Assembly (NCBI RefSeq): GCF_036321535.1
Contig: NC_087472.1
Location: 92,506,001 to 92,570,000, forward strand
Reading direction: 5' to 3'
Source of the DNA: Camelus dromedarius
Lineage: Eukaryota
DNA length: 64,000 nucleotides
Both the position numbers and the translations under genes were made by a program. The notes under the pieces were generated by a model that saw nothing but the letters and a program-made list of their open reading frames with translations, was not told the DNA's origin and did no database searches. Positions 12,521 to 26,812 of the stretch are shown here, in pieces; position 1 is the first letter of the stretch, and the number at the start of each line of letters is the position of its first letter.

Positions 12521-13619
12521 GGGTTAGAAATCAAGGATAATATGAAGAACTCAGAAAACACAGAATATAAGCAAACTGGATGGGAATAAAAGAGTGGAAA
12601 GGAAAGAAGGGAGGAAGGAAGAAGCAAGCAAGACAGCAAGCAAGAAAACACCTTGTATATGTGTCAAGTCTTTCTTGAGACATGTCATGGCATTTGATGT
12701 TATCAGAAATATGAGCCCAATTCTACCCTGAGATTGCCAGATAAAAGGATTTAGTATTGTCATATGAGTTTCTAACAGGGCTTCCTAACTTATTCTTTGG
12801 AAATAAGACTTTTCTTTTTTCCAGTGATCTTCATAATCTGCTATAAGAGACATGGACTGAGACAGTCAGAGCTCATGGGAAGTTCATCAGAGTAAACCGA
12901 GGGATGCTCACATTGTTGGAGCATAAAAGCTAAGGCAACAAACTAAAAATATGTTGTTGAACTTTGACTTTACATGCTGCTGTGTTCAGTCTTGAAACAA
13001 ATTATTTTAGCACTGAAATCAACTTGCTAAGCAATTACAAATATTAATAATATTAAGTGAAAGTGACTTTTATCTAATGTGCATTTTGTTCTGAGTTCAT
13101 ACTACAAGAAACTCGGGAAAGTCAGTAAATGGCTCTGTACAATGATGGAATGGTGCCCTGGTGGCTCCCAGGCCATGTGCGCTCAGTGCTTGATGTGTTC
13201 TCTGGAGCCCACCTAACATTTTATCTCAGAATCAGTTTAATTAATTGCCAAATATTTAATAATTTGGAGGTTTCATTTTCCAAATACTTAATAATCTGGA
13301 GTTTTCCCTTATGAATCCAGATGTCAGACTCCACAAATTTGGATGATTTGAAAACACTGGGACAGCACTGCTAGCAGGCCACAGTCCGCTGGGGTTCATT
13401 TGCCATATGTAGATGCATTGTAAGTTCTCCAGGTCCTCATCCATCCTTTCCAGTCTGCTGTATCGTCTACCCACCCTTGTTGTGTACCACATAACAGGCA
13501 TCTCTATTGGGTCACTGTAATTATTTCAGTGACGTAAACCATCAACACTGTTCAGTCCTTCCCTGGAACGTTCACATTCACATTCCATAGGCATATCTCG
13601 ATTTTAACAGCAACCATAC

Positions 13620-13800
13620 ACTTACTGACTGTGTGGTCTGGGGCACAATAACTTCTCTGTCCCCAAATTTCCCTAACTAGAATTGGACTAGTAATAGTAC
13701 ATATTTCAAAGGATTATTGTGAGGATTAACTCAGTTCACATATGCAAAACTTTTAGAATGTCTGGTACATGGTAAGCTCTATAGAGTTTTTAGCTAATAT
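13620..13800 (+). mobile_element. MIR SINE
   Basis: cttactgactgtgtggtctggggcacaataacttctctgtcccc...ggattattgtgaggattaa...tctggtacatggtaagctctata. Confidence 0.75.
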
Positions 13801-15953
13801 TCTTTTTCCCCTTTCCTCGTTTTCTTCTCATAATCGCCGTCATCAAGATCCTCACTACTACAGCTACAGCTCTTTAACATGCACAATTCCCAGCTGTCCA
13901 CTTGCAACTCCACCCTTCCACACAAGCGACCAAAACACATCCAGCTCATCTAAATTGATTCTGAAATTCCTTCAAGTTCTATAGCATACAATAGTACACC
14001 TCAGTATATCTATTAATAGGTATTGTCATTTTATAATTCTACAACAATTCTATTAGTCTATTCAAATGGAATTCTATTCTTTTATTACTAAAGTTAAGTG
14101 TCTGAAGTGCAGGGTTTTTATCAATGTATCCCTTTAATTAAGGGCAATCTCAATATATGCTTATTGAAAAAATACATGATCAGTAGCTTTCATCAGAACA
14201 CCAGATAATGTATGATACAGAAATAAACCCTCATTATCTGTACTTCCTTTAATTATAGAAAATTAACTATTCAGATTCCCTAGGTGTTTAGCACAAAAGC
14301 TAATACAAAACTACAAATTTTCATGTACGTATATCCTAAAATAACATTCTATTGATTTAGAAGTCTTAGGTTGAATAATTTACTCCAATTCTTTTGTTGC
14401 CTTTAATTGCATATTTTTCAAAGCAGATTTTTTATTTTGGAACTTGGTTCCAGTCATTTTTATAAAATGGGACTATTTGGTTATACTTAGCCTAAAAAGC
14501 TCACTGTGGTTGTTAAACTATTTTAAGCAGTTATATTACTTTTATTTCATTGATAAAACTCCTAGCTCTATTCATCCCATGACTGCTTCATCCTAGATTT
14601 TGTTCTATAAATGAATAATCTAATAAGACAAGTTGATTACCTAGTGTATGCCCTTTTTTATTGGATTGGCAGGTATAGATTTTTAAAAAAGTATTATTTT
14701 CCTAAGGCTTGGGAGAGCAGAGTAGGTAATAAAATGTGCAGTCATGCCCCAATTTCAGTGCTCCCATGCTGAAGTCAGCACATAATAGCTCAAACAGAAG
14801 AGAGTGCTGAGATGCAAGCCTGTCAAAGGCTAAACCAGGGATTATCTCAGCGATGCACCCATCCCTTTGAAGAAGGCTCCCTTTGGTGGCTTTTCAAGTA
14901 GTTGCTTGGCTACCTGTTTCCCAACAATATGAGTCTGTCTGGTCTCTCTCTTTGTCTCTGGAGACATAAGCACTACCTTGGAAGGTTTTATCCTGGTAAT
15001 TCTCTTTGCTTTCATATAATTTTTGTCAATTACTTGTTGAAGAAAAATCGGAGGCTATTTGTTGTATATAACCTGGACCTGAGTCACCAACTATACTCTA
15101 TATACCTACCATAGGACAGGGTTATCGTTTTCTTTACTATTATCCTAGTACTAAACTCATCAAATTGTTACCCACTAAGAACATTAGAAATCATTCATCC
15201 GAGTCTCTTCTCATAGACTGATGTAGCATCAGGAGATCTTAAAGGGTCTTCCCAAATTCCCTTAGTGAATTGGTGGCAAGGCAAGTCCTCAAACTTTCTA
15301 ACACACCACACTGGCCACTAACTGCATAACCGTGGTGTGCTGAATAAAACATGCCAGGCAGCTAAATTCTGACTCTCCAGGTACATGTTTCTACATTTAA
15401 CTTGGGCAGTCCCTTACTTTAATGCTGGCCACGAATATGTTTAGGGATTTATTGGAGCACCATGATCTCCTGTGCATTATAATTGCATGCTAAATGGGTT
15501 TCTAATTTGGTCAACCAACATGGGAGGGCGGGCTGTTTTATTAGCAGGGCTTGCTAATGCAAGCCCTATTTGTTAAAGAGACTGTGTATCTTCTGGTCTT
15601 TAGAGTTTTATTCCCTGGGATATTCAGGAGGTTAAATTTGGATATATGCACCACTAGTATACACAGAAATCAATACAAGTTTTTCCAATAATATTTGTAT
15701 CATTCCCAAACAATGTTTCCATCCCCTAAGTACTTTCCAATTTCCATTCATTGATTTTCCATGTAAGTGAGCAAATGCAAACCAAAAACTTTCCTGAAGG
15801 AAATGACACACCAGCAGCACTCACAAACACAAGGGTAGCAATTATACAGTGGTCATTTTCATTCATATCTATAGAGGATTTAGCATTGTGTTAGGTACAC
15901 AGAAATAGCTTAATACATAAGTGTCTCTCTCTCTTTATGTATGTATGCATATA

Positions 15954-15963
15954 TGTGTGTGTA

Positions 15964-16037
<74 letters not shown>
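15954..16037. repeat. Compound microsatellite (TG)n(TA)30
   Basis: Interrupted TG run from 15954, then a perfect TA run at 15978-16037. Confidence 0.97.
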
Positions 16038-16040
<3 letters not shown>

Positions 16041-17619
16041 AAACACAAAGAAAAATATAAAGAAGAAGATTGCATTCTCTTTGGATTTTAGTCCCAGATC
16101 AACTGGACTGAAGCTTCTAGAATTCAAAAGATATTTATTCCCATAACTATAGAGAAACATCATGATGAGAACGTTAGGGAGACAATCATACAGCTCTGTT
16201 TATGGCTGTGTACTGACTCATGACACCTGCCACAATTTTTACACATGACAGAACAGGATTCCAGGTGTAGGTAAGAGTAAAGTGACCAAAATTTCATGTT
16301 CTTTGGGTATTTGATTTGACCTAGACAGACTTTAGAGCCCTTCAGCAGTATGCCATGGAATGGATTACAGAATTTTCAATTTAAGGTTTATGGTTGCCCA
16401 AAGCCAGACAATGATTTGGTTTCAGCTGAGTGATAGGTAACAATTGCAATATGGTCAGTCAGCCCCAAAGTAACTTTTTATCAGAGTATACTTTAACCTT
16501 AGCCTGTGAAAGTGTATTGGTTACATATTTTACTTGGGTTAAACTCAGCAAAAACTACCGCAGCTTCATTGTAAATGTTCTCATAGTTTTAAAAGTAAGA
16601 AAAAATGCTATTTTGGATTTTCTGCACAATATCTGAACCAGAACAAATGATTACAGTTACCCTTTATGTATGGGAACATTATGAATAGCCAACATATTGT
16701 AGTAAAAGTCAAAGGCTGATGATTCTATCACTATTTCCAAGTGAAATTCACTTAGAAACTACTAACAATGGATTCATAAGAGGACCCATATTCAGAATTA
16801 TATACATGACTGCGATGCTGTGAAATTAACATCTTATTTTCAGAAGGTCATGTTAATGGTTGTTTAGTAACATTGAATTATGAACACAGTACTTATAACG
16901 TGGTAATCCAGAATTTAAAGTTTGGCAAAGCTTACTACCGAAATCCCATTTCTGAGCCTCTCCTATAAGATATCCGTTATGGGAGCTCTCACAAAGATAT
17001 GATTTTGAAAGAATTTATTATAAATAGGTAGTCTGCACTTTGGATATCTGCAAAAGATTTTATGCCTCCCATTTTGACTCCCCAAGCCAGAGTTAGTATG
17101 TAGAACTGCCAGTAGAAGAAGGCAGTGCCATGCTATATCCACTTCTTGCATGGTAAGAATATAGGTAGGGGTTTAAAATTTTTCAGAGGCAGATGAAACT
17201 TCTGAAATCAGAACTAAACAATTTTAAACCAGAGCAATAATCTTTTCAATGTGCATATCATTTCTAATTGTAGCACTATTGTACATTCTCTGAAACAGCC
17301 TGAAGATAATCAATAATTCAAAGAAATTAACAATTTCCTCTTAAAAAGTGAGCCATATTGATCAGAAAAAAACTAACATGTTTCTAACATCCTTTCTTAA
17401 GGAGGAAAAGCCTGCTGGTTCCTTGGACAATATAGATTAACTCTTATACAAATTATGTAGGATATTCAGGCCAGAAAATATTTCCTTTAAAGAATGATGA
17501 TTAAGGGAAAACAGAGTAATTTTTAGTGCAATACAAGCACATTTTTCTTCTTTAGTGATTTTGTTTTAAACGTCTTTTTTTTTTTTATTTTAAATGAAAA
17601 ATAAGGTTAAGGCCTTTCT

Positions 17620-17888
17620 GCATGCATTTATATCAGAACTCACCCTTCCCACATCCTTCCTCCTTCCTGATTCAGATAAGGATGAACCCTTTCTCTCATT
17701 CATAGAAGTCACGTACCCCTTCTTTACTCTTAATCTGAATCCTTTCTCTCTCTCTCTCTCTCTTTCTCTTTTTTTCTTTCCAGGTGCTGGTTCTACTATA
17801 TATAAACATCGTTCCCTCTATGGTAAATAAACATGCTTAAATATTTACCATAAAAAACTAAATCACAATAAAAAAAACAAAAACCTAA

Positions 17889-17922
<34 letters not shown>

Positions 17923-19578
17923 AAAACGACACTGAACACCACCCGTTTCCTGCACCATGAAAGTTTTTGGAAGAATTATTCATAATTGTTTTTCTGACCT
18001 CAGCACCTTCTCCTCAAGTTCGCTTTTATTTATTTGCAAATCTTTCCTAAACATGCTCTCAGCAAAGTTGCTCATGACTTAATTTTCAAATCCAATGGAC
18101 TCCTTCACCTTCATCTTACCTGACTTCCATGGAACACTTGGCCTTTTTAACAACTGCCTTCTTGAATCTCACTTTCTTTACGTTTAGGGGGGAAAAAAAG
18201 CATTTTTCCTTTTCTCCTTTTTTGCCTTAACTATTCCTTCTCATTGTCCTCTGACAGTGCTTCTTCCTCTGCTGGCCCCCTAAATATTGATGTGAATGCC
18301 AATGGATGTCTTTGTTTAATCTCCTTCTTTTTTTCAAATCATAGCCTTTGAACAAACCAATAATTTTCATTACTGCCTGTATGTTGATAATTCCTAAATC
18401 CATGTGTCCAACACACATCTTTACTCTTAAGTTTCAGATACATGTATCCAACTTCCTCCTAAATATCTTCACTGAATGGTCTCAGGCAACACATAATCAA
18501 ATTTGCTGTCTTCTCTCCAAATGTCCTCCTTTCTCCCTATTTCCTCAGTAAATAACATCACCATATACCTAAGCCAAAAAGCAGGGAACCATCCTTTATT
18601 TCTCCTTTTCCCTTATCCTCATATAAAATGTATAACCACATTAAAAATGCAAACTGAAAAGGAATGAAAATTTCTCATACGTTTCTCAGATTGTTCATTG
18701 GCCCTTTGCCATTTCAAATATTCATTTTGTGATACTATAATTATTGATCTATGATACAATCAATAATAGACTTCAATCTAAGACCACATAATAATAGCTA
18801 CTCACAGGGTTGCTGTAAACACTAAACGGAGTAATACAAGTCAGCATTAGCAGAATGTATGATACATAGAACATATCCAATACATGTTGGTTATTATTAT
18901 TACTCATACAATGATGGTGTGGTTTCCTTCACATTATTGCTAGAGTGTTCTTTCTAAAATAAAATATAATTCACCTTCTTATTTCATGCACTTTTAAGAG
19001 CCCTCTATTTACATAATTGTATCCAAAATCTTAAAATATGCTGCAAAGTGCTCTTGATGGTTAGTCATTTGTCTTTTGTCCTGGCCTCATTCTTTGTAGC
19101 TCTCTGGACATAAATACTTTTATGCCAAGAATCACACCTCTCAGCCTTTGTTCACACCGTTCTGTCTTCCTAGAACGATGCTCCCCCTACGTGTACACAG
19201 GTATGCATGTTCACGCATGTACACATACACTCACCTATCACTCTGGTTGGCTAATAAACATTAAAACTTACCTCACCCCAAATGACTTTTCCCCACCTAC
19301 TCATACAAAATTGTGCCCCCTGTGTATCCTACTTATATTTCTATTATAGCACTTGTAAAACATTCCACATTTTACAATGTCAGTGATTCCCCGGGAATAG
19401 TACAATATAGTGACTCCTATGATGGAAATTCACACACTTATTTATCTGTCTACCTCTGCCTGATGGATGGCATGTAATGGTGGGACATGTACTTCATTTA
19501 TCTTTGCGGTTCTCAAACTTACTCCATGAGTAGCACATTTCTGGTCCTGAATATTCATTGAATGAATGGATAGATGAT
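17620..19578 (+). mobile_element. Fragmented L2 LINE, interrupted by an A-tract and a MIR piece (~18780-18900)
   Basis: caaatccaatggactccttcaccttcatcttacctgacttcc, tcagatacatgtatccaacttcctcctaaatatcttcactgaatg, and L2 tail attcattgaatgaatggatagatg. Confidence 0.7.
17892..17920 (+). repeat. Poly(A)29 tract
   Basis: Directly visible. Confidence 0.95.
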
Positions 19579-20509
19579 GGTTTCCTTCTTTCTGAAATTT
19601 TAGATTTCTGGTTATAGCACTCATATACCTCTTATGATGGACCCTTGAGCAACAAGAAAAAAACTGGCCAAGAAAAACCTATGAGAATATCACCTATTCA
19701 CTCTGACCATTCATCAACAACAATCTTCACATATGCCATATCCAATCTTAAGTAATAGTAATTGATACTACAGCAATACTGCTTGGTATGAAAGTTAAAA
19801 ACAGGGTAAATGTATCTTTAAATTCTGAAGTGTTTCTTATAAAAATACATTTTAAATTCACTTGAAATATTCATCCTCATTCTTTTGGCAAGTACTGCTA
19901 TACCCCTCCTGAGTTCTGAAAGTGACTGTTTTGTAAAGGAGCTGTTAAACTACTGTGTAAATAACACAGCTTTTGAAATTATCATAATTTACACGTATTT
20001 ACATAACAGACCACAATATCTTCAAGGAATTGTTACCTTAATTACACAAAATCTCACATATAGAGTTTCTATTTTCTTTATTCATGAGCTATTTTTAATC
20101 TTCATGGTCTATATTCAGTATAAAATAAATAACGATCTATTATCTCTCCATGGAATTTTGATAGGAAGTAAATTGTTATCATGAGTAAAATAACATTTTG
20201 AAACTTCCTAGAACAAAATGTGCTTCCAACTAGGCCACAGCTAATCCATAGAACATTGACTTTATAATTTCTGTTGGCCTTCAAATCTATGTCATGATCT
20301 TATTTTTTTTCTGGGTAATCAAACTTATCTGGTTGTAATCGCATGTGATTAGGATTTTATTTGCAAGTATAGGAAGAGATGGGGCCACTCTCAAATGGCT
20401 GAAATACTAGTTATATATCATCAGTCACATTGACTTCTTTAAACTATGATTGACAATCCTCTCGCTTTGCTTGCTGTTCGTTATGTTGAAGTTCTACAGG
20501 GTTTTATCT

Positions 20510-21485
20510 TGGGATGACGTTTCCTTATCTACATGCTTACTCTCCTCCTACTCCCAGCCCAGACCATCCCATGGATTTGTCTAAACCTCAGTCACCCTCA
20601 GATTTATGACTGCTACTCTCTCTTCCTAAATGTTCAACATTCTACTTAGGCAATTCAAATGCAGCATGCCTCAAACGAAACAGAACTGATTCCTCCCTAG
20701 ATTTGTCCTCTCTTGTAATTGCTCCAATATTGTCTATTGTCTCCATGAGCCATCAAACTACCACAGCCTCGCAATATATCCTGTTTTGTTTAGTACCCTT
20801 TGTTTAATCTCCACTCGCTTGGTAGGTTTTCTTATCATTTCTCACTGGACTATTATAACAGCTTTCAAAGTGGCCTTCTTCTCCATTAGCTCTTTTTCAC
20901 CCAGCCAACTCTGCATACTCCCACCTGAATAACCTAATCGTGCAGCTGTTTAAAACCTCCAATAGCTCTCCATAATCTGTTAGGGTATAGTCCAAATTCC
21001 TGCATATGACCTTCAAGGCCATTCATGACCATCTCTATAGTTATGGTTTTATTCACTTATCTCAACATTTCACCTTTCTGGAATCAAGATGGCTTAGAAA
21101 GTCTTTTTACACTCATAACATATTACACCTATGCAAATTCTTTTCACATTATCTGAGCTATTTTTGCCTGCCTCTGCCCCTCCACCATTAGCTGCATGGA
21201 ATTCTCACAGATACTTAAGGATCACCTCACCCATAAGTCTTTCTAAAACCACAGCACAGCTACAAGTGCTCTCTCTACTTTTTTTGCTTTTCATTTCCCT
21301 TTCATACGTTTAGTCTAACTTATCACATTGTACTTTAAATATACATTTCTGTCTTCTCCCATGAAAACATGCTTCAAAAAAAAGAGAATGCTATGGATTT
21401 TTATATTTTCCATGACTAAAGAAATTTATGACCTACTGTGTGTGCATAGTAATATCTGTTAATGAATGAATGAATGAATGGATGA
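20510..21485 (+). mobile_element. L2 LINE 3' portion
   Basis: atcatttctcactggactattataacagc...tagtccaaattcctgcatatgaccttcaaggcc...(aatg)n tail at ~21461-21485. Confidence 0.75.
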
Positions 21486-23589
21486 AGTAAAAACTTATCA
21501 AAAACATAATCAGAGTTAGATTTCCAAATATAGTGATGAGATTTCACAAGGGATGGGAGGGAAAAGTTTCTTTTCCCGATTGAAAGTTACACCCAGTGAT
21601 TTGAAATAAAGGGCAGATGACCAGAGTAAGTTATGAACATTCAGTACAATGCACCCTAGGAGAAATACTGAATTTATGGCTTTCTGCCTTAATTGTGGTA
21701 ATCATTGTTTGGAGAGAGGTATACATTGAATTCTCTTTTAATTTCCTTATCTTTTCTCCTGTGGTATCTTTGTAGACAATTTTTTTTTAATAAATGAGAG
21801 TTAGACAGACGGGTAAAAGAAGATAAATTAAGGAAAGGACTATCAACAATATCCCATGTCAATATCAAATATAAAATGAAGTTAGAAAGAGTTGGAAACA
21901 ATGACTATAAAAGAAGACAGTGTTTTCGTTTGAAAATTAGGAAAAGAAGAGTAACACTTTTAAACACTTCAATATGATTTTTAATAAATCATTTGGACTG
22001 ATTCAATCTCTTTAGTCTTATTAGGCACTTTTGAGACAAAATTATTTCTTATACAAGCAGAAGCAACACGTTTCAGTGGATGAAACTATTTAGTAACTGT
22101 GTATTTAGGTAGGTTTGTTAAAATATTTGAGATGTATAGTTTCAAGTACACTCTGGTGAAAATAGTTTTTAAAAAGCAAGATACTAGGAACTACGCCCTT
22201 TTTATTATCGGTATACCAAGAGAAAGGGCTCTGAAATAAATACATCTCAGATTTTTCTTCTATGAATCAGCCCTGGGCACTGCCCAACTCAAGGATGAGT
22301 GCTTTTATTTTTTTCTTTTTAACAACAGAATGCATTTCAAAGATGACCTCTGTATCCAAATATTAGGATAACAGGCTCATTTATACCCCTCTTCTATATA
22401 GAAATTGAACAAGAACATTTCATCCTTGAGAAAAGATTAATATTACAATACTGTCAAGGTTGGTCTAAATTTGATCAGAAAATGACAAGCCTATGCCATA
22501 ATTTCAACATTTACTGGAGTGTTTTTTCTGGCATTTTCTTCAAAATCTTCAGTTTAGTTTAGAGACAAAGAATATCTTATTCCAAGGGGGGCAATTAAAT
22601 ATTCCTTCCTAAAGAATGTATCATTGCTATTTTTCAACCAAAGTACTTTCTGAGTACAGTAGTTACTCTCTGCAATCAAATAGATACATTTCTCTTGTTT
22701 TCTTCATCCTAGTTTGTGAGCCATTTCTCTTTAATAGTCTACAGAACCTTCTGAAATACAAGAAGACATTATTCATTATCTTCATTGTCCAAGAGGCTGT
22801 TTTCCATGTCTAAATGTGTCTGGATGTTACAGCAAAAACTAACCTTTGTACGTCCCTATTGACTCTAGCACACAAATTTCCCTAAAGACTCTGGCGGACT
22901 ATCATATAACCACAGAATATTATAACTAGAAAGAAATAAGATATCATCCAAACCAATCCCCTCATCTTATATACATAAAATCTAAAGGTAGCGTTGCATC
23001 TTAATCCCTAAAATTTTGTAAGAGAAGTGTTAACATGGCTATTAATCGAAAAAAAAGCCCTAATTATTTACAGAATCCACCAAACCTTGTTTGCCTGGGT
23101 TCAAATCTCTGAGGAACCATCTGCTCCAAACAACTCTGATTTTATTAGATTTATGTCAAGTTAATTTAGTTTAAAACTGAATAATGAGAAATTGAGAGCC
23201 TCTCTTCAATGATGAAATAGAAATACGAGTGAATAATCATGGTCATAGTTGAGAAGCAGCATGTTGCAAATATTCCAAGTTAATAATGTAGATAGAATGT
23301 TTGGAAATGAACACTAGATATACTGCTTTATGATTAACTGCAGACTTACTGGTGTTTCTTAAATAAAGTTTTGCACAGCCTAATTGTTTGGATCTCAATG
23401 TAATTAAATTACAGTATTGGTGAACTCATGATTTTAAATCATAAGAATAGTACGTGTTTATTAACAAGAACATAAAAAAAAATCCAAAGACAGCATAAAA
23501 AGCAATACTTCTATCATCTAAACCCATTTTTTGGTATGTGATTTATTTTTAAATTCCTATTCAATATTGTTTTAAAAAGTAAATATTTA

Positions 23590-24200
23590 GTTCTCAATAC
23601 TGCCCATTAGAGACTGTGAAAGCTGAAGAAAAACTGTAAATATGATCCTTTGTTTAAGATGTTTACAGTTGGGTTAGGAGGAAAGATACGTACCAAGAAA
23701 AGAGAATACCAAAACTTACAACATCACTTCAGGATATGTTCTACAGACTAAATTCTCTAGCAAATCATTGGAAGGAAGTGCACTTATGGAGAGTCAGTTT
23801 CACTCAGCTGAGTCTAAAGCTAGGCTCTGAAGAAACAGGCAGTGCATGAACATCTTACCAGTAAGTGGTAATATGATAAAAGAGGCATGAGGAAAAAATA
23901 AATTTAGAGATGGACCCTAAGGAAATTACACTAAGAAGAAAAGGGCGTTAGGACCCAGCAGGAGTAGGACTGAAAGAAAATACTAGATAAATGAAAAGAT
24001 AATTCTAGAGTTTCATAAAGAAAAAAAATGGTATAATCAAAGTGGAGTGATCAGATCAGAAGAATAGTCTGGTAACAGAATGCAAAATAGCCTGGAGTGG
24101 GTAGAGAAAAAGAGGCAGGAGACGTGTTAAAAATAATTGCAATAAATCAGACATAACAGATTGAAGTTTTAGTGAAGGTGAATAAAAGATTAAGGTGACA
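23590..24200 (-). mobile_element. L2 LINE fragment
   Basis: Purine-rich reverse L2 pattern: aatatgatcctttgtttaagatgtttacagtt...gaggcaggagacgtgttaaaaataattgcaataaatcagaca. Confidence 0.55.
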
Positions 24201-24291
24201 GATAGCACAAAGAAAAACACTTAATAAAATTTCTATACTTTTTATTACCTACTGATAATATGATATGATTAAGATTTTTGAAAACTAAGAA

Positions 24292-25147
24292 TGTATTTTT
24301 CTTTCTTTTTATTGGGGGCTTGTGGAAAGAGACTAGGAAACAGATATAGGTAAGGGAGATGCATATCTCTATTTTCCCTTCCTTATTCTTTAGTCAAGAG
24401 GAATAAGTATATTCTATAAATTGTGAGAAGTAGTGAGGACCTTTCTGTCTCCATTTTGAACACTAAGAGGAAGCTGCTGTGCAGGGTAACTGTGGAAACA
24501 CAAGAGCATACAACTCAGCTTATGAAGCAGGCTGACATGATTAGGCAGAGATGACTCAGTTTGCTCTCCCATGCCTTCCTCGGTTTTTGCCACTGAGCCT
24601 ATTATAAAAACGGTCTGGTAATCTTACAATGGAGAAACAGTGTGTACCTGGAGAAAGATGAAAGACAAGGTAGGTGATTTTAGGAATGGGTTTACAATGG
24701 CTGAATAAGCCAGGGATCTTATCAAGACCCTAACCGAGTTGTGAGAATTTGGACTATGAATTTTACCAACTGTCAATTTCAATCATCACATACTAACAGA
24801 ACACTCAGTAGATGGACTCTGCCAATATTCCCTCAAGAACCAGCACTGAGGTTCCTTTCATCTACACAATGTCATTCGTGAGAGCTACTTCTCCATACTT
24901 CAGATGCTATTTTAGGGAGAAGTACAGTAATCTCAAATAGAAAGCAATCTTCAAATGAGACTGAGTTAAAGCTAAAGAGATTGATTGAATTATATGGACT
25001 AGAGCGAGTTTAGATCAGATAAGATCAAAATTAGTTTGCTTCAGAACTAGCAGGAAGAGAGATCAGAACAATTTCTGAGACTAAAGGACTCTAGATTACC
25101 CTACCCATTTATAAGTGAAGCGTCAGTAATTTGAGACTTCATTACAA
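24292..25147 (+). mobile_element. Ancient solo LTR (LTR78/MamGypLTR-like)
   Basis: gagactgagttaaagctaaagagattgattgaattatatggactagagcgagttt resembles the LTR78 3' block; ends in cattaca; left boundary uncertain. Confidence 0.4.
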
Positions 25148-26329
25148 AACTGTAACTACTGTTTTCCTTTTATGGTGAGGGCATGCTGATACCGTGAACC
25201 AATGATGGCAGAAGTCTATAAAACAGTTTTCTTTCCTTAATGAGGAGTCAGAGAATCGATGTAAGTGGGGACAAGTGGGCCCTTTGAGACAGACAAAGGT
25301 CTACGTTTTTTGTCCGTAATACTTACATTAGTTAACTATCCTGTAGCAAGTCATTGGATGCGAAAGCCATACATTTAAAGTGAATTTGGGCGGGAGCAGA
25401 GAAGAGACTTGAATGAACAGACTCTCAAGTTGGTAAGACCCAGCATTCGTATCTTATAAAACTACACTGAAAATAATGGAAAGGAAGGAGCACCACTTAA
25501 GGATAGAACTAGAAAAACTATACTTCAGCCCCCGTCCAAAAAAACCCCACAAAAACAAAAAGACACACCTTCCTTTCTTCCCTACAGTGCTAGGGTATCT
25601 ATGGCATCTTTCCAGCCCTAACAACTAAAATATTTCACTTATTCACATCATTCTTTCCATGTCTAGTATCACTGTCCTATCTAGGTCTTCATCTCCACAT
25701 CTAGAACACTATAGGACTTCCTAACTGGGATGCCAAGCTCATCTTCCTAAGGGCTGGACCACATTAGGTTTATCATTTTGTCTCCTATAGTATCTAGAAT
25801 AGAAAATGAAAAGTACGTGGGAGCTGTACCCATACTTCCTTTCTTCAGTCATAACAGATGCTGTTAATTAGTTCTAGTTTTCTTTCTCTCACAATTCTTA
25901 GGACAGCACATCATAAGCCTCTATTGATTTACAAGTTGGCACATATAAAAAAGTTAACCATTTCTGGACTGACACACACTAAGCTTAAATAAATGTTTAT
26001 TGAATTAAAGTATTGCACAGACTCAGAAATTGGAATTTTGGGGGTACATGAAAAGGAACTGTTAAAGATAGTTACGAATTAGATTCAGAAATAGAATAGC
26101 CAGTCATTTCCAACCTTGATACCAACCCAAATATACCTCTAGCTAAATTATTTAGATTAATCTAAGTAAAAGTAGATTTCTAAAACAAAAAGTAACAATT
26201 TCAGTGTGATTCACAGGCAAAGAAAGAGAGGAACTGAGATGACAAAGCATATTAGCATCATTTGCTCGGTTTTTAAAAAAATGATCTTTTGCTTCAGTTT
26301 ATAAATTCCTAAAAATACAAAATGACAAA

Positions 26330-26812
26330 GTGTTCATTTCAGCAGGGAGGAACTTCTGTATCCTGCCCTATTTGAGGACATGGAGAAAAGAGATTCAGGC
26401 AGGAATGCAGTTCAGCAGATGGAGGAACAAATAAGCAAATAAAGACAAGCAGTGCCTTTTCTCAGTTAATGGGGTCCTGGTGGTAGTGCCAAACACAGCA
26501 TCCACCTCCCCACATCAGTCCAGGGGTGTGTGTAAGTCCTAAGCTTAGTCAATTAGGCACTTCTCCGCGGATTTTGAGGGGAAATAGAAAAGGTTTATCG
26601 TGATTATAATGTTCTACAGGGACTGTTCATAAAACCCTGTTACTGCTCTTCTTAGAAATGTCCCTTTCCTGTCCATCCTTGAGACCTATGATGGACATCA
26701 AACAACTCTCTGACTGACCCAATGTCCTGTTACATTCTCTCTTCTTTTAGTATTAAGATAGGCTGACTCAGGTTCTCTTTCTTACAACCCAAATACAAAC
26801 ACTAACAATACT
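26330..26812 (+). mobile_element. Ancient ERVL solo LTR (LTR41/MLT-like)
   Basis: 3' end ttaagataggctgactcaggttctctttcttacaacccaaatacaaacactaacaata matches the generic ERVL/MaLR LTR terminus. Confidence 0.5.

Noticed and set aside
15891..16163. ORF with YIYIYI/HTHT repeats
   Set aside because: It is the translation of the TA/TG microsatellite
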